A stretch of 34,489 nucleotides of DNA from Octopus sinensis (lineage: Eukaryota). Below the pieces are notes generated by a model. That model was not told where the DNA came from. It did no database searches and was given only the letters and a program-made list of their open reading frames with translations. Position numbers and translations under genes: made by a program. Positions 10,824 through 21,199 of this stretch are shown piece by piece. The stretch's first letter is position 1, and the number at the start of each line of letters is the position of its first letter. The stretch spans positions 1-34,489 of the forward strand of contig NW_021831698.1 in NCBI RefSeq assembly GCF_006345805.1, in the 5' to 3' direction.

Positions 10824-11304
10824 TCCCTCAGATAAATTCAGGACCATTTCCATTTTGGATTTATTTAATTACAACTCTTACTTTATTTTATTTCATTTTA
10901 TTTCATTTTTTTTTAGTTTCTATATGCGTTTTTTCAATATTGTTTTATTTGTTGTAATTTTGCTGTTGTTGTGTATGTGCGTGTAGCATCGACTCTCATT
11001 TAGTATTGCAAGGTTGGGTAACAGTGAATTTAAACTAGCATGGAGATTGATTTATTAAGAATTATGGGTAACAAACATTCTGACAGAGAAACAGGCAGAC
11101 AGATAGACAAACAATCCGGCAGACAGGCCGGCAGACAGACAAACATAAATACCGAAGTCTCAGAACGTATCCAAATCAGTGGCTCTTAACTGGGACAGTA
11201 CCGCATCTTTCTTGGCGCAATAAGCTCACAATGGAGCGCCGGATGTTTAGAGAGGTCGTGATATTTCTATATCTTAGAAATAAAATATTGGTAAATAAAA
11301 TATT

Positions 11305-11600
11305 TTTGCGCAAGGCCAGCAATTTCGAAAAGAGGGCTAAGTCGACCCCGGTGGAATTTGAACTCAGAGCGTAAAGGCGGACGAAATGCCGCTAAGCATT
11401 CTCCCCGGCGTGCTAACGATGCTGCCGGTTCGTGCCGTCTTTCTTAGAAATAAAATATTAGTTTCGAAGAGAAGTTATAATTCGACTACATCGACCCCAG
11501 TATTCAACTGGTACTTATTTTATCGACCCCAAAAGGATTAAAGGCAAAGTCGACCTCAGAGCGTAAGGACGGGTGTTAGCAATTCTGCCTGCTCGCCGCT
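11305..11600 (-). mobile_element. Two truncated copies of SINE family A in a local tandem arrangement
   Basis: Each carries gtcgacc...(gaatttgaactc)agagcgtaa...; separated by the repeated spacer cttagaaataaaatatt. Confidence 0.75.
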
Positions 11601-11752
11601 TTTCTTAGAAATAAAACATTGAAATCAGGTAGAATTCATATATTTTAAATATTTTCAAACAAATTTTTGTGGGAATTAAAATACGGATAGAACACAGTGG
11701 ATTGCCAGCAAGCAGAAACATAACTGATAATGTACCAAAGTCCAGTATAAGT

Positions 11753-11985
11753 GTTTCTTTATTAACCACAAGGGGCTAAACATAGAGGGGACAAACAGGG
11801 ACAGACAAACGGATTAAGTCGATTACATCGACCCCAGTGCGTAACTGGTACTTAATTTATCGACCACCGAAAGGATGAAAGGCAAAGACGACCTCGGCGG
11901 AATTTGAACTCAGAACGTAACGGCAGACGAAATACGGCTAGGCATTTCGCCCGGCGTGCTAACGCTTCTGCCAACTTGCCGCCTT
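11753..11985 (-). mobile_element. Full-length tRNA-derived SINE family A with perfect 16-bp target site duplication
   Basis: aaagtccagtataagt at 11737-11752 and 11986-12001; head ggcggcaagttggcagaagcgttag, B-box-like gagttcaaattcc, core gcctttcatcctttcgg..gtcgataaattaagtaccag. Confidence 0.93.
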
Positions 11986-12489
11986 AAAGTCCAGTATAAG
12001 TTCTCTGCATGAGTTCTCATCTTTAGTCATTTTGAAATGATTTTGACATAAGGAGCACTAGTTCAAACAAATACTTTAAAAGAGACATATGCTTGATGCA
12101 AAGCTGTGAGAAAATATTGACATTAAACCAATGCACATTATTAGCTTTAGTTTGATTAAAAAAGATATTTGATAGCAAAACATGAGGAAGGGGGAGTTGG
12201 TGAAACACTATTCGCTAGGGGGCACAGCACTACCAAAGGCTGACAACTAGTGATGTAAACTAATAAATGACATAAGGGCCAAAGCGACCAACTGACTCTT
12301 ATTTTTTCTCTCTTTCTCTTTCTCTCCCTCCCTCTCTCTCTCTCTCTCTGTCTGATAAATAAATAAATATATATATATATAGATGTATCCATGTATATAT
12401 GTATGTATGCACGTATGTATGCACGTATGCAAATATATATATATATATATATACAGGGTGCTGTGAATGAACTGTCGATTACATTATGG

Positions 12490-13216
12490 TACTTCATTTA
12501 TCGACCCTGATCACGAAAGAGTGAAAGGCAAAGTCGACCTCGGCGAAATTTGAACTCAGAACGTAGCCGCAGACGAAATATCGTTAAGCTTTTCGCCTGG
12601 CGTTCTAACGATTCTTTTCTACGCTAGGCACAAGGCCCGAACATTTGGGGGAAGGGGCCACTCGGTTAGATCGACCCCAGTATGCAACGGGTACTTGATT
12701 TATTGACACCGAAAGGTTTAAAGACAAAGTCGACTCGGTGGAATTTGAACTCAGAACGTAGCGGCAGACGAAATACGCTAAGCATTTCGACCGGCATTCT
12801 AACGTTTCTTATTTATTTACTGCCCACAAGGGGCTACGCACAGAGGGGACAAACAAGGACAGATAAACGGATTAAGTTGCTTATATCGACCCAAGTGCGT
12901 AACTGGTACTTATTTAATCGACCCCGAAAGGATAAAAGGCAAAGTCGACCTCGGCGGAATTTGAACTCAGAACGTAGCGGCAGACGAAATACCTATTTCT
13001 TTACTACCCACAAGGGGCTAAACACAGAGAGGACAAACAAACGGATTAAGTCGATTATATCGACCCCAGTGCGTAACTGGAACTTAATTTATCGACCCCG
13101 AAAGGATGAAAGGTAAAGTCGACCCCGGCGAAATTTGAACTCACAACGTAACGCAGACGAAATACCGTTAAGCATTTCGCCCGGCGTGCTAACGTTTCTG
13201 CCAGATCGCCGCCTTA
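12490..13216 (-). mobile_element. Head-to-tail concatemer of four SINE family A units
   Basis: Four successive gaatttgaactcagaacgta B-box segments; junctions near 12614, 12808 and 12992. Confidence 0.9.
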
Positions 13217-13447
13217 ACAACAACAACAACAACAACAACGAGAATAACAGTAACAATACCAAGAACAACAATAGAAGCGGCAGTACCATAAATATTGGCC
13301 TCATAACTGAAATTTACTGACATGGAACCGAAAAAGATTTAAGATTTCTATCCAAACATTTTAAAACCATGAACATATTTCACAGTTCTCGATGTCACAT
13401 ACATTTATTTGTCATGCTATCGATCAATTTCCATTACATTTCAGTAA

Positions 13448-13474
13448 TTTTCTCTCTCTCCCTCCCTCTCTCTC

Positions 13475-13511
<37 letters not shown>

Positions 13512-13625
13512 CCCATCCATCCGTCTGTCTATCTATCTCTCTCCTATATATATATATATATATTCCTTTTTATAATCCATTGTTCTCACTCTATATCTCT
13601 ATCATTTCCTTTCTCTTTCCTTTCC

Positions 13626-13671
<46 letters not shown>

Positions 13672-13990
13672 ATTCACCCTTTACACTCTGTCTTCAGTTC
13701 TCTCACTTTAACTTTCCCTCTCCCCCTCTCTCCCTATCTTTATATAAATGCATGTACATATAGAGATATACTTACATATATATATATATGTGTGTGTGTA
13801 TGTGTGTGTGTGTGTGTGTATGCATACATGCATACGCTTCCTTTCCTCTCTTTTACAATCCATCTTCCTCGCTCGTTTTCTTTTCTATTTCTTTCTTTCC
13901 CCCCTCTCTCTCTCTCTTTCTCTTTCTGTCTTTCTCTCTCTTCCCCACTCTCTATCTACCTATCTACCTCTCTCTTTCTTTATCTTACCT
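13448..13990. repeat. (CT)n-rich pyrimidine tracts with (TA)/(TG) blocks
   Basis: Direct reading. Confidence 0.9.
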
Positions 13991-14448
13991 TCCCTATCAT
14001 TTTCACCAACCATGTTTGAACCAATTTCCGATTTCTGCACGAAGTCGTTTCCTCTCACTTATTTTCTTTCTTTCATTTTGGAATTCATAAGTTTTCTTTC
14101 CATAATTTTGATAAATTGTAAAGTTTTGACAAGTTTCCGTTTATTTTCATAGCAAAGTACAAATTACGAACATCATGTCTGGCCTAGTCTCAGAAATACT
14201 TCATCTTCAGCGCATAACGTTACAAAGGTTTTACGTTGACACCAGTTTTTCCAGGGGTGTTTTTTTGTCATTTTTTTTCTTTTATTTTTCTTTGTTCTTA
14301 CAAAAATTATACGCCACCCCATGATTTCTCACTTCAAAATTTGTTATTACTGTTGTTGTTGTTGCTGTTATTGTTGTTGTCGTCTTTGCTGTTGTCTTCG
14401 TAATCGTTATTGTCGTGTACTGGTGCGTGTGTGCATTATATATTTGTG

Positions 14449-14669
14449 TACTCTTTTACTTGTATCAGTCATTTGACTGCGGCCATGCTGGAGCACTGCC
14501 TTTAGTCGAGCAAATCGACCCCAAGACGTATTCTTTGTAAGCCTAGTACTTATTCTATCGGTCTCTTTTGCCGAACCGCTAAGTTACGAGGACGTAAACA
14601 CACCAGCATCGGTTGTCAAGCGATGTTGAAGGGACAAACACAGACACACAAGCACACACACACACTACT

Positions 14670-14709
<40 letters not shown>

Positions 14710-14852
14710 TAATATAATATATATATATATACGACAGGTTCTCTTTCAGTTTCCGTCTACCAAATCCACTCACAAGGCTTTGGTCTTGTGAGTGGACTGA
14801 ACTCGGAACCATGTGGTTGATAAGCAAGCTACTTACCACACAGCCATTCCTG
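14449..14852 (-). mobile_element. tRNA-derived SINE family B with central (TA)n/(CA)n
   Basis: Head ggaatggctgtgtggtaag...ggttccgagttcagtcc; body homologous to 22466-22873. Confidence 0.9.
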
Positions 14853-15076
14853 TATTTATGTGTATTTATGCTTATAATGTGTATGTGCGCACATGCGTGT
14901 GTCTGTGTGTGTAAAGTAGAATAGAAGGTTATATAGCTATTATAACATCCCTGCACTTTAAGTTGCATCTAATGTAGGAGCTTAGGCATGAAGACGACCT
15001 GAGCACTAATCGTATGTATTACCGATTATCGTACCTTATCGTATATACTACTGATTATCTGATGTCTTATTACCAG

Positions 15077-15090
15077 CCATAGATAGATGG

Positions 15091-15177
<87 letters not shown>

Positions 15178-15232
15178 CATACATACATACATACATACAT
15201 ACATACATAACATACATACATACATAGATAGA
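15077..15232. repeat. (GATA)n-(CATA)n microsatellite
   Basis: Direct reading. Confidence 0.95.
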
Positions 15233-15289
15233 TAAACTATTTTGCATAAGAGAGTAAAATAGAATTAAGTGTGGGGGAGACAAAGAGGT

Positions 15290-15720
15290 TTTCTCCTTTC
15301 CTTTATTCTACTCAAAAATTTTGGTTTATAAAATCAAAAGATAACCGTTTCATTTCTCTTATTTGTCCTATTATCAGCTGTATGCGGTTTCGATACCTGA
15401 AACTTCTTCAGAACAGGTCAGAGTAACGTCTACGTTAACAGTGCATTGTTTTCAATCGATATATAGTTGTTTTATATATCAAGGTCAAAGCTGTGCATTT
15501 GGATGTATTAAATCAAATAACATTTTGAATGGAATAAAATTGCAAAAGTTGCATTTTCTTCCATGTTCAATGCATAACATCCTCAACTTTTTCCACTCGC
15601 TTCTCATCGCGTCTCCTTGTTTCTTCTCTTTGAAGCCTTATTCACGATTAAATCCATTTTCTGACTACTTCCAATAGAAGTTTACAGATCTTACGTTTGT
15701 AAAGTTCCGTTGCAAATCCG
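15290..15720 (-). mobile_element. Possible Penelope-like element 3' remnant
   Basis: Degenerate minus peptides LYKRKIC and ENGFNRE*GF weakly resemble the RK..E...FNR..G end of PLE GIY-YIG domains; followed by a CTGAAGA...CGAAAC hammerhead-like core. Confidence 0.4.
15378..15416 (-). ncRNA. Degenerate hammerhead-ribozyme-like motif
   Basis: ctgtt-CTGAAGA-agtttcaggtatc-GAAAC-cgca-tacag: canonical CUGANGA and GAAA, partial stem I; stems II and III imperfect. Confidence 0.3.
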
Positions 15721-16479
15721 TCGGCGGAAGCAGATAAAAGTATAGAATTACCACTTACTGTAAAGTTTGATTTACGGCAGTAAGAAAATGCCTTGAATCC
15801 CGAAAAAGGCGCCAAACAGAAGAAAAAAGGAAATTAACCACTTTAAACTGTTGTTCATTTGATTCCATTCCCTCAAGCTCACTATATACTGCTTTGATCA
15901 CGATATTTACACGACACAGCTACGCACAAAATATGAATTTTTCCTTGAAATGAAATTCTTTGAATATGATAGTGAATCAAAATAAAAGTTACACAAACCA
16001 GCCAGGAAAAATCAACAGGGTTTTGAATGTTTGAATGCGAGGATTTCGATTCCTAAACAGGAAGATGAGCTGTGAAGAATATATTGTTGAAACTAAACTC
16101 TTCGTTGAGTCATGAGTATAGTTTTTATACTGTTTGGAAAAAAACTGTGAATTTGGGTGGAATGTCCTGTTATATGGTTCCTCTTTGTAAATTGTCAAAC
16201 TGTTTCTGCGTTTATTTTTTTATATTTTAAACAATTTGGAAGTCACGTTGCTATAATAATTGGAGTATCATAGTAATAGGTACAGATGGTTTATAATAAA
16301 ACGTTAATCATTTTTTTTTTTGCCCTGTCGTCTCTACAGAGATGAGATGAAAAGAATGGGAAAACGGTGATGTGAACGTTCTTTACTTGGTCCCTTCACG
16401 TTGCCTATTCCCAGTGAGAGAGAGAGAGAGCGAAGGCAAGATAAAAAGAGTGAAGCAAGAGATAGAGCGAGAAAGGAGA

Positions 16480-16600
16480 AATCGACATCAATTCTTGACT
16501 GGTACTATATCTATCGACCACGAATGAGACATCGAAAAGTTGGTCTTGGTAGGGTTCGAAATCAGAGCGGAGTGAAACGGAACATATACAAGGACAATTG
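16480..16600 (-). mobile_element. Highly diverged SINE family A fragment
   Basis: cttgactggtactatatctatcgacc...ttcgaaatcagagcgga resembles the family A core and B box. Confidence 0.5.
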
Positions 16601-17218
16601 AACCGATTCGCTATCATAAAAACTTTGATATTCCTGGCATACTAAAAATGCTAAAGCATTTCCATGTCAATAGTCGCTATTTCACTCAATATTTCAGGCA
16701 GGCAAGCTGATATTCGTGAGTAGTGAGTGTAACGCGGGATGAACGACTGAATGCTACTGTTTGGGCGTTGAAGATCTGACAAAGTTGATTGGACATTTAG
16801 TATGTTTTGGCGACAATATTTTTTGGTGATGGTGACAAATACAAACACACACACACACACACACACACCACCCACGTACGCATTCACACACACACCATGC
16901 CATGCATGCACACTCAGAAATATTTACATATAGATAGAGAATGAGAGGGTAAGGGAGGGAGGTAGGCATTACATATACATATAAAAACGTAACTAAAAGC
17001 TCAGATACAAAAACTGAGAGAGATAGGGGGAGAGAAAGAGAGAGTGAGGGAGACAGGGGGAGAGAGAGAAAGAAAGAAATGAGTGGAAGAGAGAAAGAGA
17101 AGGGAGAACGAGAGAAAGATTAGTTTGATATCAAATTAGGCAGCATGGTATCATCAATGCCAAATAGGTGGCGCCGAAATTACTATGCCCAAACGTCTCA
17201 TACACGAATAATCGAAAT

Positions 17219-17360
17219 GGAGGCGCGTGGCTTTGTGGTTAGAGTGTTGGGCATATGATCGTAAAATAGTGATTTCGATTCCTAGACCGGGAGATGCGTT
17301 GAGTATTTGAGCAAAATACATCATTTTACGTTGCTCTAGTCCCCTCAGCCAGCAAAAATG
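17219..17360 (+). mobile_element. tRNA-derived SINE head, family E, with CORE-like central segment
   Basis: ggaggcgcgtggctttgtggttagag (A-box-like), gatttcgattcc (B-box-like), then ttgagcaaaatacatc..cgttgctctagtcc. Confidence 0.65.
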
Positions 17361-17460
17361 AGCAGAATACTCGCGCCAGGCCTAGCAAAATGGTGATGGA
17401 TGGCAAGCTTTCCTGAATAAATAGACAGGAACTTCTAGACTGACAGGTCATAGGCCTACA

Positions 17461-17508
17461 CTGATATTGGGTATTACCCTGATATTGGGTATTACCCTGA
17501 TATTGGGT
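17461..17508. repeat. 18-bp minisatellite (CTGATATTGGGTATTACC) x about 2.7
   Basis: Units at 17461, 17479 and a partial unit at 17497. Confidence 0.95.
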
Positions 17509-17839
17509 TTCTTTCACCACACGACTAATCAAGCTGCATTTGACAAAATTAACAGCAAAACTATGCTTTCGTTATGTGGTAAAATTGGCAATCTGCCAAA
17601 ACAGAAATGATTTCACTCAATAAAATATCAGAGACTTACCATTTTTCTTCCAAAAGATATACTGTATTTAAAATCAATACTGTGGTTACAATCGGTATTT
17701 TTGAAAACTAAACTTTCTTATTGACTTAGCACTCTTCCTGGCAACCATTTCCGTTTCATTTACCACCACAATGTTTCTTCTTCCTCTTAATGTTTTCTTG
17801 GTTTGTTCCTATTTACTCAGCTTTGATTGTTTTTTAATC

Positions 17840-17901
17840 TATTATCATCATCACCATCATTATCATCATCATCATCATCATCATCATTATTATTATTATT
17901 A

Positions 17902-17958
<57 letters not shown>

Positions 17959-17965
17959 TATTAAG
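17840..17965. repeat. (CAT)n-(TAT)n triplet array
   Basis: Direct reading. Confidence 0.95.
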
Positions 17966-18027
17966 GACTCTAAAAAACGAATTAAACGAGGGCAAAGCAA
18001 TAAAATTATTATTGTTGCTGTTGTTAA

Positions 18028-18453
18028 GGCAGCGGGCTGGAAGAAACACGCCCGATGAAATGTTAAACGGCATTTTGTCGGTCTTCACGCTCTGAGTTCA
18101 AAATACTGCTGAGGTCTATTTTCCCTTTCATCCTTTCGAGGTTGATGAACACTGGGGCCGATATAATCGACTGCGCAACAACTTCAAGATTTCAGACTTT
18201 GTGAGTATAGTAGAAAGAATTATTGTTGTTCTTCTTGTTGTTAAGGCGACGAACTGGCAGAATCGTTTGCATGCCATGTGAAATGCTTAGCGGCATGGCG
18301 TACGACGCTACGTTCTGAGTTCAAATTCTCCCGAAGTTGATGTTGCCTTTCACCCTTTCGAGGTCGATGAGCAAAGTACCAGTCGTGTACTAGAGTTGAT
18401 GCTATCGACTATCACCCCCACAAAATTCAGGCCTTATGCCTATAGCAGAAAGG
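18028..18453 (+). mobile_element. Two tandem SINE family A copies
   Basis: Heads at about 18028 and 18245; gagttcaaa B box; tails ending tagtagaaagaatt and tagcagaaaggg; triplet spacers. Confidence 0.85.
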
Positions 18454-18480
18454 GCTGTTGTCGTCTTCTTCTTCTTCTTC

Positions 18481-18512
<32 letters not shown>

Positions 18513-18794
18513 CAATCAGGACTCACGCCATTAGCCACAAAGAATAATCTCTAATTCGAGCCTACTCTAAGCTACTAAGAATGCGTGTGGCAACTTGAAG
18601 ATCCACCCACCACACGCGATAGATTGGCGGTTGCACGGGCGCGAAAGCTACGTTGTTATCCTCATTCCGTAAACGGTGGCTTTTTTTAATGGGCGGAGAG
18701 CTGAACCATCCTGGGGTACAGAGGATTCGCAATCTAGACTAGGGCCTGAAAGTTTACCGCACCATAGTGGATTACACCATGGTTCCTCTACTTT

Positions 18795-18996
18795 GTGGCA
18801 GAAGTAGGAAGAAAGAGTGAGAGAAAGCTGTGGTGAAAGAGTACAGCGGGATTCACCACCACCACCCCCGCCGGAGACTCGGGGAGCTTAGGCGTTTTTG
18901 CTCAATAAACACTCACAATGCCCGGTCTAGGAATCGAAACCGCGTTCTTACGACCGCGAGTCCGCTACCCTAACCACTGGGCCATTGCGCCTCCAC
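18795..18996 (-). mobile_element. SINE family C-related copy (tRNA-like head plus body)
   Basis: Reverse complement ggaggcgcaatggcccagtggttagggtagcggactcgcggtcg...ggtttcgattcc; body shares ctttctctcactctttc with 27878-28170. Confidence 0.8.
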
Positions 18997-19057
18997 TAAG
19001 AGGCTGTTGTTGTTGATGATGATAAAGTTGTTGCTGCTACTGTTTTTTAATGTTATT

Positions 19058-19264
19058 GCCGAGCTGCTTAGAGTTAAACGAAATGCTTAGCAATTTTTAT
19101 TCCGACCCAGTTAGTTCCGAGTTCAAACTCCGTCGATGTAGCCCTTACCATTTATTCTTTCAGCATCGATAGAATAAGTACCAGATGTGTACTGGGCTCG
19201 ATCTAATTGTCTGTCCTCCCTCCTGACAAACATTTCAGGCCTTGTGCCAATAGTTGAAAGAAAG
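19058..19264 (+). mobile_element. SINE family A copy
   Basis: gccgagctg...gagttcaaactcc...ataagtaccag...tttcaggccttgtgcc; followed by (TAG)n. Confidence 0.8.
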
Positions 19265-19278
19265 TAGTAGCAGCAGTA

Positions 19279-19319
<41 letters not shown>

Positions 19320-19547
19320 AGCAACAGCCGTTCAAGAATTTGGACCTGGAGATCTCCATTTCCAGCGCCTTCGAGGGCCACCTCCCAGTGGTGTCGGGCG
19401 TCAACGAAGAGCCCTTGACTACTTCAAGAAGACCAAATTTTTTTTTCCAAGGTCTGGGGTCTCCCGCCCCTAAGCCCTAGACCATCACCTACTCACCCTT
19501 ACTCGTCTTGTTGCTTAACAACAACAACAGCAACAGCAGCAGTAGTA

Positions 19548-19945
19548 AAGCAGCGAGCTGGCAGAATTGTTACCGCGCCGAATAAAATGCTTATGGGCAT
19601 TTTGTCTTTACGTTCCGATTTTGCCTTTCATATTTTCGATATCGATAAAATAAGCACCTTTTGAACGTTGGTGTCGGTGGAATCGACTTGCCCCATCCTC
19701 CGAAATTGCTGCCTTGTGCCACCAAAATTTGAAAGCAATATTATCATCATCATAAGGACGAGTTGGCAGAATCGTTAGCGCGCCTGGCAAAAAGCTTATC
19801 GGCATTTCGTCCGTCTTTAGGTTCTGAGTTCAAATCCTGCTGAGGTCGACTTTGCCTTTCATCCTTTCGAGATCGATAAAATGAGTACTAGTTGCAGTCG
19901 ACTTACATCCTCCCGCAAAACTGATCCAAAATTTGAAACCAAATT
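19548..19945 (+). mobile_element. Two tandem SINE family A copies with aaaatttgaaa-type tail
   Basis: Heads at about 19548 and 19755; tails ccaaaatttgaaagcaat and ccaaaatttgaaaccaaat. Confidence 0.8.
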
Positions 19946-20265
19946 CTTCATCATCAAAAACTGTACCAGTTAACGCAGTCGTCGCCGTCGACGTCATCAT
20001 CGCCATCGTCATGTTATAAATAGCACTGTTACATTGTCAAATATGCGTTCCCATATATTTTACTTTGGTCGTATTCCTAAAATAACATCTGTTAATTTCC
20101 TTCAGAAATTCCTTTTAACTGCAATTTAGACTTAATCATGTAAAAACGGAATTTATCTGTCGGAATATGAAGAAAATATGGTCATTGAAAAGAGGTGATA
20201 GCCGTCTCAACAATACAGATGTAGATAGGAATGTGTGTATATTCGTGTATGTGTATTAGCTTGCA

Positions 20266-20267
20266 TG

Positions 20268-20363
<96 letters not shown>

Positions 20364-20394
20364 AATAGATAGAGAGAGAGAAAGAAAGAAAGAA

Positions 20395-20438
<44 letters not shown>

Positions 20439-20550
20439 GCAGGCAGGCAGGCAGGCAGACAAATAGATAGAGAGAGAAATAAAGAAAGAAAGAAAGAAAG
20501 AAAAAGAAAAGAGGTAGATAATAGATAGATAGATAGATAGATAGATAGAT
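20266..20550. repeat. Compound (GATA)/(GACA)/(GGCA)/(GAAA) tetranucleotide array
   Basis: Direct reading. Confidence 0.95.
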
Positions 20551-21149
20551 GCTTATATCTTTATAAGTATAATATATAATAGTAATGTATATATGTGTGT
20601 GAATGTGTGTTTGTGTGTATAATATGCATAAAATATGTAATAATATATACATACATACACATATGTATGATATACATTTACTATAATATAATGTCCATTG
20701 TGCAGTGGTTAGGGGAATTGTAGTTGCTTAAAACTACTTATATGTAAACGCATTATCTCTCTTCCTCTGTATTACTCTTTCTCACTATGTATGTACTTGT
20801 ATGTGTGTGTTTGTATGCAAGTATGTGTCTGTATGTATGTATGTATCTTTGTATGTGTGTATGTGTGTATGCGTGTATGTATGTGTTTATGGGGCGAGAG
20901 AAGTGGGGAAAGAAATGAAGAGCAATAAGTAGAATACAGAAAAGAGAATTCATTTACCATTGATTGTAAACAAGTAATGTGAAATGTACATTGGAGCCCA
21001 TGCTATATTTGGTTCCATTAATGGAAACATCTGCCTTAAATTTTATTAATATTTGCCGGAGGTACGATGAATAACTAAGTTTATTCAGAGCTTGTACTCT
21101 TTAATGTTGTACTCCATTACTGTTGAGTATGCATGCATGTGCTTGTGTG

Positions 21150-21157
21150 TATATTTG

Positions 21158-21199
<42 letters not shown>

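Larger units (their letters stand above)
11177..12252. mobile_element. Possible degenerate hAT/Charlie-like non-autonomous element invaded by SINEs
   Basis: CAGTGGCTCTTAACTGGG start and agggggcacagc...aaaggctgacaactagtg end resemble Charlie-type CAGTGGTTCTCAACC termini; the 8-bp flanks atccaaat / atgtaaac match at only 5 of 8. Family resemblance is from memory. Confidence 0.3.

Noticed and set aside
12490-13216. CRISPR array or retrozyme interpretation of the tandem units
   Set aside because: Units are SINE bodies without unique spacers, there are no cas genes, and no CUGANGA/GAAA core was found on either strand.
20105-20196. Exon after ttaatttccttcAG
   Set aside because: Stops in all three frames before the next donor.
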